64,000 bases of DNA from an uncultured Chloroflexia bacterium (GTDB lineage Bacteria > Chloroflexota > Limnocylindria > Limnocylindrales > CSP1-4). The notes under the pieces are model-generated. The model saw only the letters and a list, made by a program, of their open reading frames with translations, was not told the origin of the DNA and searched no databases. Within the stretch, counting starts at the first letter, position 1. Every line of letters begins with the position of its first letter. Positions 9,930-22,062 of the stretch are shown here, piece after piece. The position numbers and the translations under genes were made by a program. Where the stretch lies: NCBI GenBank assembly GCA_963738475.1, contig CAVTWU010000026.1:10362-74361 (forward strand), written 5' to 3'.

Positions 9930-10715
9930 GGCCGTCGGCTCTGGACGCGGTCGCCGGTCGCCATGCGCCGTTCGAGGCGGCCCTGGAACAGCGAGAAGAT
10001 GATCGTCAGCACCCAGTAGATGAACGCGGCGAAGAGCAGGGTCTGCATGGACTGGAACGTCGGCCGGCCGGCGGCCTGGGCACGCCAGACGATCTCCTGG
10101 ACGCCCACGACGGACGCCAGCGACGTGTCCTTGATCATCGACACGAAGTCGTTGCCGATGGCCGGCGTGACGATGCGGAACGCCTGCGGGGCGACGATCC
10201 GCCGGAACGTCGTCCGCGGCGACATCCCGAGCGAGTGGGCGGCCTCGGTCTGGCCCTGCGGGACCGCCTCGATGCCGGAGCGGAAGACCTCGGTCATGTA
10301 GGCGCCGTAGTTGAGGCTCAGGGCCACGATCGCGGTCGGGATGGCCGGCAGGACGATGCCGGCCTGCGGCAGGGCCAGGAAGATGAACAGGATCTGCAGC
10401 AGCAGCGGCGTGCCGCGGAAGAACGAGACGTAGAAGCTGGCGATGCCGTTGAAGTACGGGTTCGACGACGTCCGACCCAGGGCCCCGAGTGCGGCCAGGA
10501 TCGTGGCGAAGAAGATCGAGGTCACCGCGAGGAACAGGGTCAGCGGGACGCCGATGAGGATGAACGGGATCGACCTTCTGGAGGAAGGCCGGGTCGACCG
10601 TGACCGTGATCAGGATGAACCCGACGAGGGCCGCCACGATGATGGCCCACATGAGCAGGAACTTCGTGCGCCAGATCTTGTTCCGTCGGACGCGCGCCTG
10701 CTCGATCTCGGCCAC
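9926..10715 (-). CDS. Polar amino-acid ABC transporter, permease
   Basis: GTG 10715 MAEIEQARV..FLLMWAIIVAALVGFILI, hop near 10560, then FFRGTPLLLQILFIFLALP..EAAHSLGMSPRTTFRRIVAPQA (EAA loop). The stop overlaps the ATPase start. Confidence 0.85.
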
Positions 10716-10854
10716 GAGCTGTTGATTCGCGGCCTCGTCGCCGCGAGCGGGCTACCGATCGATGTCGATCGCCTCACCGGACTTCCAGAAAGAGGAACGC
10801 GCCCGGACGTCGAGACGTCCGGGCGCGAAACGTAGCAGCCTGTGCGGCCGTTGG

Positions 10855-11807
10855 CTACGGCTTGACGGTGACGTCCTTCTCGAGCCACTTCGTGGAGAAG
10901 GCGGACAGCGTGCCGTCTTCATGCATCTCGGTGACGATCTGGTCGAGGATCGCCTTGAGGGCCGTCGTGTTCGGGCCGCTCTTGTCGAGCGCGAACGCGA
11001 CCGACACCGCGAAGATCGGCGGACCCTCGAGGATGCGGATCGGGGCGCCCTTGCTTGACGGCGTCGGCCAGGCGCGTTCGCGTTGCCGACGATGGCGTCG
11101 TAGGTGCGACCGGCCTGGACGGCCTGGATGCACTCGTTGTCCGTCGGGAGCGCGGTGATCTGCGGGATCCGTGCGGAGCCGTCAGCTTGTTCGGGTCGAC
11201 GATCTCCAGCGTGCCATTGAGCCACTGCTCGTAGGTGGTCGCGGTGCCGACGCAGAAGGTCTTGCCGCCGTCGAGGTCGGCGAGGGACTGGACGGTCGAG
11301 GCCGTCGGGACGGCGACGCGCACCGACGTCGTAGTAGTACGGCTCGGTGAAGTCGACGACCTTGGCGCGACCGACGGTCACGCTCATGGAGCCGATCGAG
11401 ATGTCCCAGCGGCCACCCCAGCTACCGGCGGTGATGAGGTCCCAGCCCGGGGTCTCCCACTGCAGCTTGATCTCGGTGCCGAGCTTCTCGCTGAGGCGCT
11501 TGACGGTCTCCTCGGCGGTCGAGGTGTCGAAGCCTTCGTACGTCTGGGTGTCCAGGTTCAGGAACGAGTACGGGGCGTAGTTCGGGTCCGTGGCGACGCG
11601 GATCGTGCCGGTCTTCAGGATCTGCCCGAGCAGCGAGGCCGGATCGACCGTGGCCGACGGGGCCTCGGACGGCGCCATGGACGCCGCTTCGGACGGGGCC
11701 GTCGACGGGGCGACGGACGGGGCGGTGGACGCGCCGGTGCTCGAGCAGGCGGCCGCCACCATGATCGCCCCGGCCAACAGGCCCGTGAGGCGCAGGTGCT
11801 TGTTCAT
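10855..11807 (-). CDS. Amino-acid ABC transporter substrate-binding lipoprotein, frameshifted
   Basis: Lipobox LLAGAIMVAAACSS. GTIRVATDPNYAPYSF..WDISIGSMSVT. C-terminus ALDKSGPNTTALKAILDQIVTEMHEDGTLSAFSTKWLEKDVTVKP. 3-4 frame hops between 10900 and 11350. Confidence 0.8.
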
Positions 11808-12003
11808 GTCTCTCCTCCAGTGATCCCGGCCAAAGCCTGCGACCGCACCATGCTTGAACGTCCGCGCGGTCCATCAGGCCCCGAGAGGTCCGTACTATGG
11901 CACGCCTTGCCGAGTTGTCAATTCGGTGTCTCGCCGTTCGTCGTTGGACTGAACGGCCGATCGAGGCGACATCAGCCCTCGAGCCGAACGAGGAGACGGA
12001 CCG

Positions 12004-12354
12004 ATGACCGACGCACGCGTGATCCAGCTCGAAGTCGTGGGCAGGGACCAGGTGGCGCTCCAGCGCTACTACGGCGAGCTCTTCGGCTGGTCGTTCGATA
12101 CCAGCAACCCGGCCGGCTACGGGATGACCGACCCGGCCACCTCCGGGATCACGATCGGTGTCGGTGTGACGCCGGACGGGTCCGCGGGGCATGTCACCGG
12201 GTACGTCACCGTCGCCGACGTGGACGCGACCCTCGCCCGCGCGGCCGCTCTCGGCGGCAGCGTGATCATGCCGAAGTTCAGCCCGGCCCCCGGCGTCCAG
12301 ATCGCCCTGCTGGCCGATCCCGAAGGGCACGTCATCGGCCTGACCGAGGTCTGA
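12004..12354 (+). CDS. VOC family protein
   Basis: Intact 116 aa. VIQLEVVGRDQVALQRYYGELFGW..GYVTVADVDATLARAAALGG..IALLADPEGHVIGL. Confidence 0.75.
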   Translation: MTDARVIQLEVVGRDQVALQRYYGELFGWSFDTSNPAGYGMTDPATSGITIGVGVTPDGSAGHVTGYVTVADVDATLARAAALGGSVIMPKFSPAPGVQIALLADPEGHVIGLTEV

Positions 12355-12430
12355 TCGCCCCAGTCGTCACGGTCGTCGCACCTGCCGTCACGTCCGCATC
12401 GCCCAGGCACGAGTCGCGCATCATTGGGCG

Positions 12431-13549
12431 ATGCCGGATGTGATCGTGATCGGTGGGGGGATCGTCGGGACGTCCGCCGCGGCCTTCCTGGCCGAGGCGG
12501 GTGCGTCCGTCACGCTGTTCGATCGCGATGGGCTCGCGTCCGGGGCGTCCGGCGCCAATTCGGGCGTCGTCCAGCACCCGATGGACCCACCGATGATCGA
12601 GCTCTATCGCGAGACGGTGGGCCACTATCGAGCCCTGACCGACGCGGACGCCGGCTTCCGGCTGCCGGATGAGCCGGCGGGGTTGCTCTTCGTGTCCCAT
12701 GCGCGGGCCGCCGCGGAAGGGATGCTCGGGATGTTCCCGGGCCTCGCGACCGAAGTCCTCGAGGGCGACGACCTCCGCCGGCTCGAGCCCACGCTGGCCC
12801 CGGACCTGGCCGCGATGCACGTGGCGATCGGCTTTCCCGTGCCCCCGTCCGCCTCGACGTACGCCTACGCGACCGTGGCGGAACGCCGGGGGGTGACGGT
12901 CCGCGTGGGTCGTGCCGCGACCCCGGTCGTGGAGGCGGGTCGCGTGGTCGGCGTGCGGGTGGGCGAACAGGTCGTGGCCGCTGACCAGGTCCTCGTCGCC
13001 GCCGGGCCGTGGACGCCGGCCGCCATCGACCCGTCGGGAGCGTGGTTGCCGATCACCGAACGATGGGGCGTCGTCGTCGAGATCGAGCTCGCGAGGCCGC
13101 CGAGCCATTGCATCGAAGAGGCCGAGATCGGCGCATCGATCGGGAGCGAGCCACCGGCATACGAGCGCGGCGGACCGGACACCTCTGACTTCAGCCTGAT
13201 GACCGCGTTGGGCGTCAGCGCGGTCGGGTCCACGTTCCTCCAGACGAAGCCCGATCCCGCGGACTGGACGGAGCGTCTCCTCCAGCGCGCCGCGCAGTTC
13301 GTCCCCGCGGTCATGGACGCGCCGATCCGAGGCGTGAGGGCCTGCGGCCGGCCCTGGTCGGCGGATGGCCGCCCGCTCATCGGCGCGATCCCCGGGGTCG
13401 ATGGGCTCTTCGTGTGTGCCGGTCACGGAGCGTGGGGCATCTCGACCGGTCCGGCGTCGTCCCGGTTGGTCGTCGACGCGATGCTCGGACGTCCGGTCGA
13501 GATCCCGGCCGCGTTCGACCCCGGGCGCTTCGGGCCGATCCCCGTCTAG
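12431..13549 (+). CDS. FAD-dependent oxidoreductase (DAO family)
   Basis: Intact 372 aa. VIVIGGGIVGTSAAAFLAEAG (GxGxxG). C-terminal LFVCAGHGAWGISTGPAS. Confidence 0.85.
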   Translation: MPDVIVIGGGIVGTSAAAFLAEAGASVTLFDRDGLASGASGANSGVVQHPMDPPMIELYRETVGHYRALTDADAGFRLPDEPAGLLFVSHARAAAEGMLGMFPGLATEVLEGDDLRRLEPTLAPDLAAMHVAIGFPVPPSASTYAYATVAERRGVTVRVGRAATPVVEAGRVVGVRVGEQVVAADQVLVAAGPWTPAAIDPSGAWLPITERWGVVVEIELARPPSHCIEEAEIGASIGSEPPAYERGGPDTSDFSLMTALGVSAVGSTFLQTKPDPADWTERLLQRAAQFVPAVMDAPIRGVRACGRPWSADGRPLIGAIPGVDGLFVCAGHGAWGISTGPASSRLVVDAMLGRPVEIPAAFDPGRFGPIPV

Positions 13550-13561
13550 TCGCGCGGGCGG

Positions 13562-14756
13562 TCAGTCGGTCTCGGCGGCCCCGTCCAGCTCCTCGATCGT
13601 GGCCTCGGACGGCGGGCGCTCGGCCTGGAGGCGTGCGGCGGTCGTCTCGGCGCCGCGCAGCGCTCGGAGCACGTTCCCGCCCGCGACCTTGCGGACATCG
13701 TCATCCGAGTAGCCGCGCCGCAGCAGTTCCGCGATGAGGGCCGGGAAGCACGAGACGTCATGGAGGCCGTCGGGAAGCGGCTCGCCGCCATCGAAGTCAC
13801 TGCCGATCCCGACGTGATCGATGCCCATGACCTCGCGCAGGTGATCGATGTGGTCGGCGACGCCGGCGAGCGTGGCGTTCGGGCCCGGGATGCTTCGGCC
13901 AGCCACATCCGGCGTGCGCGAGGGCGATCGTCGCCGCCGGCCTCGCTCGGCGCCTCGGATGTGGTCGGCTGAGACCCTGCGAGACGAACCCCGACAGGAA
14001 GACCGCCATCACGACCCCGCCGTTGGCCGGCACGCGCGCCAGGATCTCGTCGGGCACGTTGCGCGGGTGGTCGCATACGGCGAGGGCCCCGGAGTGGCTG
14101 AAGATGACCGGTGCCTCGGTCACGTCCAGGGCGGCGGCCATCGTCTGTGGCGAGACGTGGCTCAGGTCCACCAGCATCCCGAGTCGGTTCATCTCGCGGA
14201 CCACCTCGCGCCCGAACGCGGTCAGCCCGCCGTGCTGCGGGGGATCGGTCGCCGCGTCCGCCCAGCGCGTCGTGAGCCAGTGGGTCAGCGTCATGTACCG
14301 GATCCCGCGCGCGTAGGCGTTGCGCAGGGCCGGCATGGACGACCCGATCATGCTGCCGCCCTCGAGTCCCAGCAGTGATGCGATGCGGCCGCCCGCGAAC
14401 GCCGCCTCGACCTCGTCGGCCGTCGTCGCCAGGGCGAAGGTATCGGGGTAGCGCTCGATGAAGCCGTGGACGACGTCCATCTGCTCGAGCGACTGGACGA
14501 CCGCCGAAGGCTCGGGGAGGGCCGCCGGGACCCACACGGACCAGAACTGGGCGCCGACGAGACCCTGGCGCAGCCGCGGGATGTCGGTGTCCAGGGCAGG
14601 CTGCGGCTCGCGCAGATCGACGCTGGAGGTTCGCAGGCCGACCCGCTCCCGCAGGGCGTAGGCGAGGTCGTTGTGACCGTCGACGAGGGGCGCCTCGCGC
14701 AGGATCTCGCGTGCCCGGCGCTCGTACGGGTCGGTCGTGGGCGTCGCGTCGGTCAT
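13562..14756 (-). CDS. Membrane dipeptidase (peptidase M19), frameshifted
   Basis: ATG 14756 MTDATPTT. LVDGHNDLAYALRE, YMTLTHW, LVDLSHVS, VIFSHSGA..HPRNVPDE. After a hop, ADHIDHLREVMGIDHVGIGSDFDG. Confidence 0.85.
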
Positions 14757-14957
14757 CCCCGGACGGTACATGAGCGGAGCGCCCGAGGCGGCTCGTCGAT
14801 GTCGCGAGCGGTGCATTCCGGTAGAGTGCGGTGGCGTCGCTCGGAGGCACCACCATCGGGCCTCGACCAGTTGACCGCACGCACCGGCTTCGACGACAGT
14901 ACGGCTCTGACTCGGGACGCGGATCCTGGCGTCTTCTGCCCACACCTGGAGGGACCC

Positions 14958-16266
14958 GTGAACGTTCGATCATCGGCTCGACGGAGCAGCCGAACCCTGC
15001 GGCGGATCGTGGGACCGCTCGCGGCCGTCGCCCTTCTGTCGTCCCTCCTCGCGGTCCCGGCGGTCGCCCACAACTACAACCCGTTCAGGGCATCCATCCT
15101 GCCCGGCGTCATCACCTCCGGCGGAACTGTCGCCTTCACCGTGAACGTGATCAACGACAGCCAGTGGTACAAGATCGACAAGGTCACCGTCGTCGCCCCG
15201 GCCGGCTACACGCTGGTGTCCCCGGCGGACGGCAAGTTCAGCGGCCTCAGCATCGCCAAGAACGGTGGCGTGCAGTCACTCGCGTTCACGGCGACCGTCC
15301 CGAACGGCTGCCTGGTCACGTCGGCGGACTGGAAGACCACGGCCAAGGCCGGCTACACGACGTTCACGCCGAACCCCGTCACGCAGACGACCCAGGTCGC
15401 CAACAGCTGCGCCCTCGCCTTCGTGAACCAGCCGGCCACCACGGTCAAGGCCCAGTCGATCACGAGCCAGGCGGTCAACCCGGCCGGCGCGGCCGTGCAG
15501 GTCAAGGTCGTCGACACGGCCAACGCCAACGCCACCGGTCCCGGGCTTCAGCGGCACGGTCGGCTTCAGCATCACCGGCGGCACGCCGGCGCAGTCGTTC
15601 TCGACGAGCGCGGCCCTGTCGGGCGGCCTGGCCGGGTTCGCGGGCTCGCTCCCGTTGGCCGGCAGCGGCTATGCGATCGCGGCCTCCGTCCCGGGCGCGA
15701 CGGGCGCCACCTCGGGCACGTTCACCGTGATCGACGCGGGCACGACCTGTGATCCGGGTGCGGCCTGCAATGCGTCCACGACCAACCAGACGACGAATAC
15801 CAACCTGGGCGTGAACGCCGCGGCCGGCGGGACGTCCGACATCATCACCATCCAGTGGTCGCGGCGACCTGCAGTGCAAGACGCCGCTGACCAACAAGCC
15901 GTATGTCTCCACGACCGGCATCTTCACGGTGGACGTCACGGGCGACCGCGAGAAGACCTTCGACCTGACCATCCCCAAGGCGAATGCCGTCGCGGCAGGC
16001 AAGCCGTTCGCGTTCCAGTACCACGTCTGCTTCGGGGCACCGACCTCGTTCAACGGGCTGTTCGGCAAGCCGGCCGTGCTCATGGGCGATCAGTACGTCG
16101 GGCTGCTCGGCGGCTGCTGGAAGCTGGACACGGACGACGTGCCGTGGGGCTGGGTCATGCCGGCCAACGCCACGAACCCGTGCGTGGTCTGGAAGTACCG
16201 CGCCTCCAACGGCGACATCAAGATCCGGTTCTGGGCACCGCCCGGGGATCCGCGCGGCTACGCGTG
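14958..16266 (+). CDS. Secreted hypothetical protein
   Basis: GTG 14958 after GGAGGGA. Signal peptide IVGPLAAVALLSSLLAVPAVAHN. Thr/Ala/Val-rich beta-type sequence. Cys-containing C-terminal part KPFAFQYHVCFGAPTSF..GGCWKLDTDD..NPCVVWKY. Frame hops near 15540 and 15860. No family recognised. Confidence 0.5.
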
Positions 16267-16366
16267 ACCCTCGGCGCCGCAGGCCGGCGCACCTAGCGAG
16301 CCACTGGACGGCACATCAGGCGCCCCGAACGCCGGGTGTGCCGTTCGCCTCTCGTAGACTCTGCCG

Positions 16367-19300
16367 ATGCAGGAGCCACTCCGCCGCGACGTCACGATCG
16401 TCACGTCAGACCTCAAGGGGTCGACACGCCTCGGCGAGCGTCTCGACGCCGAGTCCCTGCGCGAGGTCCTGACCCTCTACTTCGACTCCATGCGGGCGAT
16501 CGTCGAGGCCCACGGCGGGACGATCGAGAAGATCATCGGGGACGCCATCGTGGCCGTCTTCGGCGTCACCGAGGCGCGGACCGATGACGCGGTACGCGCG
16601 GTGCAGGCCGCTGCCGAGACCCAGTCCGCGATCGCCGAACTCAACGAGCATCTCCATGCGCGCTGGGGTGTCCGCCTGGAGGTCCGCACCGGCGTCGCCA
16701 GCGGGATCGCGGTCCTCGGCGCGGCGAGTGCCGGCGAGCACATCCTGACCGGCGAGGTGGTCGCCCGGGCGACGCGCCTGGAACAGAACGCTCCCACCGC
16801 CGGTGTCCTCGTGGACGCGGAGACGGTCTCGCGCGCCGGGGCCGCGGCGACCGTCGAGCCGTTCGACGCCCCGGCGGCCGACGGCGGGGGTTCCCACGGT
16901 GGTTCGGCCGCGCTCGGCGACGTCTACCTCCTGATCGGCGCCACGCGGGCGGACGGCGAGGCCGCGACGGGCGGGCATGCGCCGCCGGTCGAGAGCACCT
17001 CCGGCACGACCAGGCAGCCCGGGTTCACGGACACCCGCAAGACCGTGACGATCGTGTTCACGGACCTCCGTGCCTCCAACCGGGCCGGCGAGCCGCTGTC
17101 GCCCGAGCGTCAACGCGATGTCATGGCCCGGGCCTTCGAGGTCGCCCATCGCGTGCTGTCCGCGCACGGTGGGACGGTCGAGAAGTTCATCGGGGACGCC
17201 GTCATGGCGGTGTTCGGCCTGCCGGTCCGCCACGAGGATGACGGGCTGCGCGCGGTCCGTGCGGCGCTGGAATTGACCGCCGGCCTGTCCGCCCTGTCCG
17301 ACACCCTGGCCGCCGAAGAGGAGATCCGCCTGGGGATCGCGACCGGCGTGAACACCGGCGAAGTGGTCGCCGGCGACGCCAGCCTCGGCCAGCGGCTGGT
17401 GACGGGCGATGCGGTGAACGTGGCCGCCCGACTGGAGCAGAAGGCGCCGGATCGAGGCGTCTACCTCGGGGAGCTGACCTACGGGCTCGTCCGCGACGCC
17501 GTCGACGTGGAGGCGGTGGAGCCGCTCGTCCTCAAGGGCAAGTCGCAGCCGGTCGCCGCGTACCACCTGCTGTCGGTCGGCCGCGGCGAGACGTTCGCCC
17601 GGCGCCAGGACACGCCGATGGTCGGGCGCGAGGCGGAGATGGCCCTGCTCCGCTCGGCGCTGACCGCGGCCACCGTCGAACGCGGCGCGCGGATGGTCAC
17701 GGTCGTCGGGGACGCCGGGGTCGGGAAGACGCGCCTCACCCGCGAGTTCCTCGATTCGGTCAGCCAGCATGCCCGCGTGCTGCGCGGCCGCTGCCTCCCG
17801 TACGGCGACGGCATCACGTTCTGGCCGGTGGCCGAGGTGGTCCGCCAGGCCGCCGACATCCGCGAGGAGGATCCGCCGGAGGCCGCTCGTCGCCGGCTGT
17901 CGGCGTTGCTGGGTCCGGGCACGGACGACATCGTGGACCGGGTCGCCACCGCCATCGGCCTGCAGGCCGCGCCGTTCCAGATCGCCGAGCTGTTCTGGGG
18001 GATCCGGCGGTTCCTGGAGGTCCTCGGCCAGGACGAGCCGGTGGTGGTCCTGTTCGACGACATCCACTGGGCCGAGTCGACCTTCCTGGATCTCGTCGGA
18101 CACCTCGTGGACGCCACGGCCGATGCGCCCCTCCTGGTCCTGTGCACGTCGCGCCACGAGCTGCTCGACGAGCGACCCGACTGGGCCGAACGTGAACACG
18201 AGGCCCGGACCGTCCTGGCGCCGCTGACCGAGGCGGACGCGGAGGCGGTCATCGACAACCTGCTCGGGCGTGCCGGACTCGCGGCCGACGCGCGGGCCGC
18301 GATCGTCGCGGCGGCCGAGGGCAACCCGCTGTTCGTGGAGCAGCTCCTGTCCATGCTCATCGACCGCGGCACCCTGCGCTACCGGGACGGTGGCTGGGTG
18401 GCGACGGGCACCGTGTCCGGCATGGACATCCCACCGACGATCCACGCCCTGCTCGCGGCCCGCCTGGACCAGCTCCCGACGGTGGAGCGGAACGTCATCG
18501 AGCCGGCGTCCGTCATCGGCCTCAACTTCGCCTCGGCGGCGCTCCAGGAGCTGGTGCCGGAGCCGGTCGCGCCGGAACTCGGGTCGCATCTCGGCGAACT
18601 GTCGCGTCGCCAGCTGGTCCGGATCGCCGAGACCGACGTGACCGATGCGACCTATCGATTCGCCCACATCCTCGTTCGCGATGCGGCCTACCAGGGCCTG
18701 CTCAAGCGATCGCGCGTGACCCTGCACGAGCGATTCGTGGACTGGGCGGACCGAGTCAACGCGGAGGCCGGCCGCGCGACCGAGTTCGACGAGATCCTGG
18801 GCTACCACCTGGAGCAGGCGTATCGCTACCGCACCGAGCTGGGACCGTTGGATGCCGCATGGCGTGGCGACCGGCGTCCGTGCCTCCGGGCGCCTGGGGA
18901 GTGCCGGCCAGCGCGCCTTCGGTCGCGGGGACATGCCGGCCGCGACCAACCTGCTGGGTCGCGCCGCGGACCTGGTCCCGGACGACGACGGGACGCGCCC
19001 GCTGCTCCTCCTGCGCCTGGGCGAGGCGAAGATGGAGATGGGCGACTACGAAGGTGCCGACGCCGTCCTGGCCGACGCGATGGCGGTCGCCGCGCAGCAG
19101 CACGAGACCGGGACCGAGGCTCGCGCCCGACTCACCCGGCTGATGTTCCGGTTCCTCACCGGTCGGGCCGAGGGCGAGGCGGATGTCGAGGCCCAGATCC
19201 GGGACGCCACCGCGGTCATGGAGCTGGCGGGCGACCACGACGGGCTGGCGATGGCCTGGCGATTCGTGACCAACCTGCGGATCGGCGAGGGCCGCTGGGC

Positions 19301-20114
19301 CGCGACCGAGGACGCCGTCGGGCGCTGGATCGAGGCGGCGCAGGCGGCCGGCGACCGGGTCAGCGAGATCCGGGCCGGTCCCACCCTGGCGATGGCCGCG
19401 CTGTTCGGCCCGCTGCCGGTGCCCGACGCGATCGTCCGGTGCGAGGAGCTCCTGACGCGGACCGGCGGGGACCGTCGGTCCGAGGCGCTCATCCAGCGCT
19501 CGCTGGGACGGCTGCACGCCATGCGCGGCGACTTCGACATCGCGCGCGAGCTCTATCGGGGCGCTCGCCGGGCGCTCGATGAGCTCGGCTGGACGTTCCA
19601 GGCGACGCTCACGTCGCTCGATGCCGGCCCGATCGAGGTCCTGGCGGGCGACCTCGAGACCGCGATCGCCGAGCTCCAGCGCGACTTCGACACGCTTGAC
19701 CGCCTGGGCGAGCGCAACTTCATCTCGACCGTGGCCGCATCGCTGTCCGTCGCCCTGGTCGAGGCCGGCCGCTACGACGAGGCCGATGCGAAGGCCGCGT
19801 TCGCCGCCGAGGTGGCGGCGCCGGACGACAGCATCACCCAGATCCTGTGGCGCGGCGTCCGGGCCCGCCTGCTGGCGCGCGAGGGCCGGGTCGACGAGGC
19901 CCGGATCCTGGCCCAGGAAGCCGTGGACCTCTCGATGGAGTCGGACGACCCGGTGGCCCAGGCGGACGCCCTGTACGACCTCGCCGAGGTGGTGGACAGC
20001 GTGGATCCGGCCGCGGCCCGTGAGGCGCTGGAGGCCGCGCAGCGCCTGTACGAGGCAAAGGGCAACCTCGTGTCGGCGGCCGATGCGACGTCGGCCCTGG
20101 CGGTCCGCGGCTAG
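16367..20114 (+). CDS. Tandem class III nucleotidyl cyclase - P-loop (STAND-like) ATPase - helical repeat protein
   Basis: CHD1: VTIVTSDLKGST..EKIIGDAIVAVFG. CHD2: VTIVFTDLRASN..EKFIGDAVMAVFG..GDAVNVAARLE. P-loop VTVVGDAGVGKTRL. VVVLFDDIHWAE. C-terminal TPR-like helices (LLRLGEAKMEMGDYEGA..ALEAAQRLYEAKGN). One frameshift near 18850. Confidence 0.8.
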
Positions 20115-20181
20115 CAGGGCTGTTGTAGCATCCTGACCGTGCCGCGCATCGGGCTGCGGCCGAAGGAGGGCTCCAGCCACT

Positions 20182-20644
20182 GTGGCGACACGCAAGCGCA
20201 AGACGACCTACCCACCGGCCCGCACGGATACGAAGCCAGCGCAGCGGCCGGGAGCAGGACCCGAACCATACGTTCGTCCGACCGTCGCGACGATCGACCC
20301 CACCGCCACCGTCGGCAAGGCCGGCTTCTCGGTCGGGGACAGGGTCAGGATCTCCGGGGCAGGGCTCTATGCCGGCGAAGCCGCCATCATCGAGAAGCTG
20401 ACGACCGGGCGTGATCCCCGGGGCGCTCGTCCGCACCGAAGCGGGACGCACGCGCCAGGTCCGCACGGTGGACCTCGACCCGCTCCCGGCCGCCGCTCCC
20501 GCCAAGGCCGCCGCTCCAGCGACGGCCGCCGCGGATGGCGACACCCCGGCGCCGGCCACCGAAGCGGCCGCACCCACGCCCGCCGCACCCGCCGCCGCCA
20601 CGCCGGCGACCGCCCCCGCGCACTCGGCCGCTCCGGACGCCTGA
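20182..20644 (+). CDS. Hypothetical protein with Ala/Pro-rich tail
   Basis: GTG 20182 after GAAGGAGG. MATRKRKTTYPPAR..GFSVGDRVRISGAGLYAGEAAIIEKL, hop near 20405, LVRTEAGRTRQVRTVDLDP, then a low-complexity tail. Confidence 0.4.
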
Positions 20645-20732
20645 CGCCAGCGGGCACGACCGCCCGCGGCCATCGACGTGACGCACGACCGGGGCGTTTG
20701 ACCGGATCGCCGGAGGCCCGCACGCTTCCCGG

Positions 20733-21969
20733 ATGACCCGACGACCGATCATCGGCGTGGGCGTCGCGATCGTCCTGGTGGCCGGCCTCGTGTTGGCCCT
20801 GACCCGATCGGGCGACACGGGCGCCGCGGCCGCCTCGCAGGGCCCCGGCGCGGGTGAGTCCTCGGCGCCGAGCGCCTCCGAGACGCCGCCTCCCATCCCC
20901 AAGCACGAGGTCTACGGCTACGTGCCGTACTGGGAGATGGACGAGACCATCGCGGACCACCTCGCCGACCACGGACCTCACGACCCTCGCCCTGTTCTCC
21001 GTGACGAACACGCGCGACGGCCCGATCGACGAGACCCAGAACGGCTACAAGCGCATCACCGGCGCCGGTCGGCGAGCGGATGATCCGCGAGGCGCACGAC
21101 CGTGGCGTCCGCGTCGAGCTGGTGTTCACGAGCTTCGGCGAGGTCCGCAACAAGCGACTCTTCGGGCCGGACGCGCAGGACCTGCGCAACGAGACCCTCT
21201 CGTCGCTCATCGAGTTCGCCGCCGACCATGGCTTCGATGGCATCAACGTCGACGTCGAGTCGCTCGGCGGCCTGGCGTACATCCCGGCGTACGCGGCCTT
21301 CGTCGACGCAGCTCCGGCAGGGCATCACGACGGCCATCCCGGATGGCCAGGTCTCGGTCGCGACGACGGCCGGCCGCCAGGGTGCCGCGATGGCCGCCGC
21401 GGCGTCGCTGGCCGGCGCGGACCGGATCTTCCTGATGGGCTACGACTACCGCGTCGGGGGCAGCGAACCCGGCGCCACGTCCCCGCTGGAGCGTCGCGAC
21501 GGGAGCGAACAGGATCTCGTCTGGTCGCTGGACCTGTACGAGTCGCTGGGCGTCCCGGTCGAGCGCACGATCCTCGGCCTGCCGCTGTACGGCGTCACGT
21601 GGCCGGTCGCCGGACCGGCCCTGGGCGAGGCCCGGACCGGTGACGGCGACTCGTGGGTCCCGAATGACAATCTCGCGCTCCTCGCCTCGCCGCCGATCCC
21701 GCCAGAACGCGACGAGATCGAGATCGTCGAGTTCTACGCGATCCCGCCGGCCGACGGCTCGACGCCGGACCCGAGCGACGGCTCGCCGGCCGATGGCTGG
21801 GTCGCGGTCTACGTCGATTCGCCCGCGACCCTCACGCCCAAGCTGGCCCTCGCGGACGAGCGTGGCCTCGCCGGGGCGGGCTTCTGGGCGCATCGGCTAC
21901 GAGCGCGGCCTGCCCGCGTACACGGACCTCATCAACCGGTTCGGCGCGGGCGAGCTCGACGCACCCTGA
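20733..21969 (+). CDS. Glycoside hydrolase family 18-like protein, frameshifted
   Basis: TM anchor IIGVGVAIVLVAGLVLAL. YGYVPYWEM. Catalytic-strand string HGFDGINVDVE (DxxDxDxE with Asn at the second Asp). FLMGYDY, GLPLYG, AGFWA. At least 4 frame hops. Confidence 0.75.
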
Positions 21970-22062
21970 CGTCCTGACCACCGCGCCGGAGGCCGCGGGC
22001 GGCGCCGCCCTGGAACGTCGGCGACGACCCGGTCGCCCCGCCATACTGCGCACCGAGGAGGG

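Noticed and set aside
12332-13426. 364-aa minus-strand ORF
   Set aside because: It is antisense to the intact FAD-dependent oxidoreductase (GxGxxG at its N-terminus). Composition is shadow-like.
16406-18949. 847-aa minus-strand ORF
   Set aside because: It is antisense to the cyclase-ATPase gene, whose motifs (GDAGVGKTRL, IGDA..VFG) are clear on the plus strand. Composition is shadow-like.
20644-20732. Possible c-di-AMP (ydaO-type) riboswitch upstream of the GH18 cell-wall-type hydrolase
   Set aside because: The intergenic region is only about 90 nt. I could not find the conserved pseudo-symmetric helices or ACGR motifs by eye. This would need a covariance-model scan to revisit.
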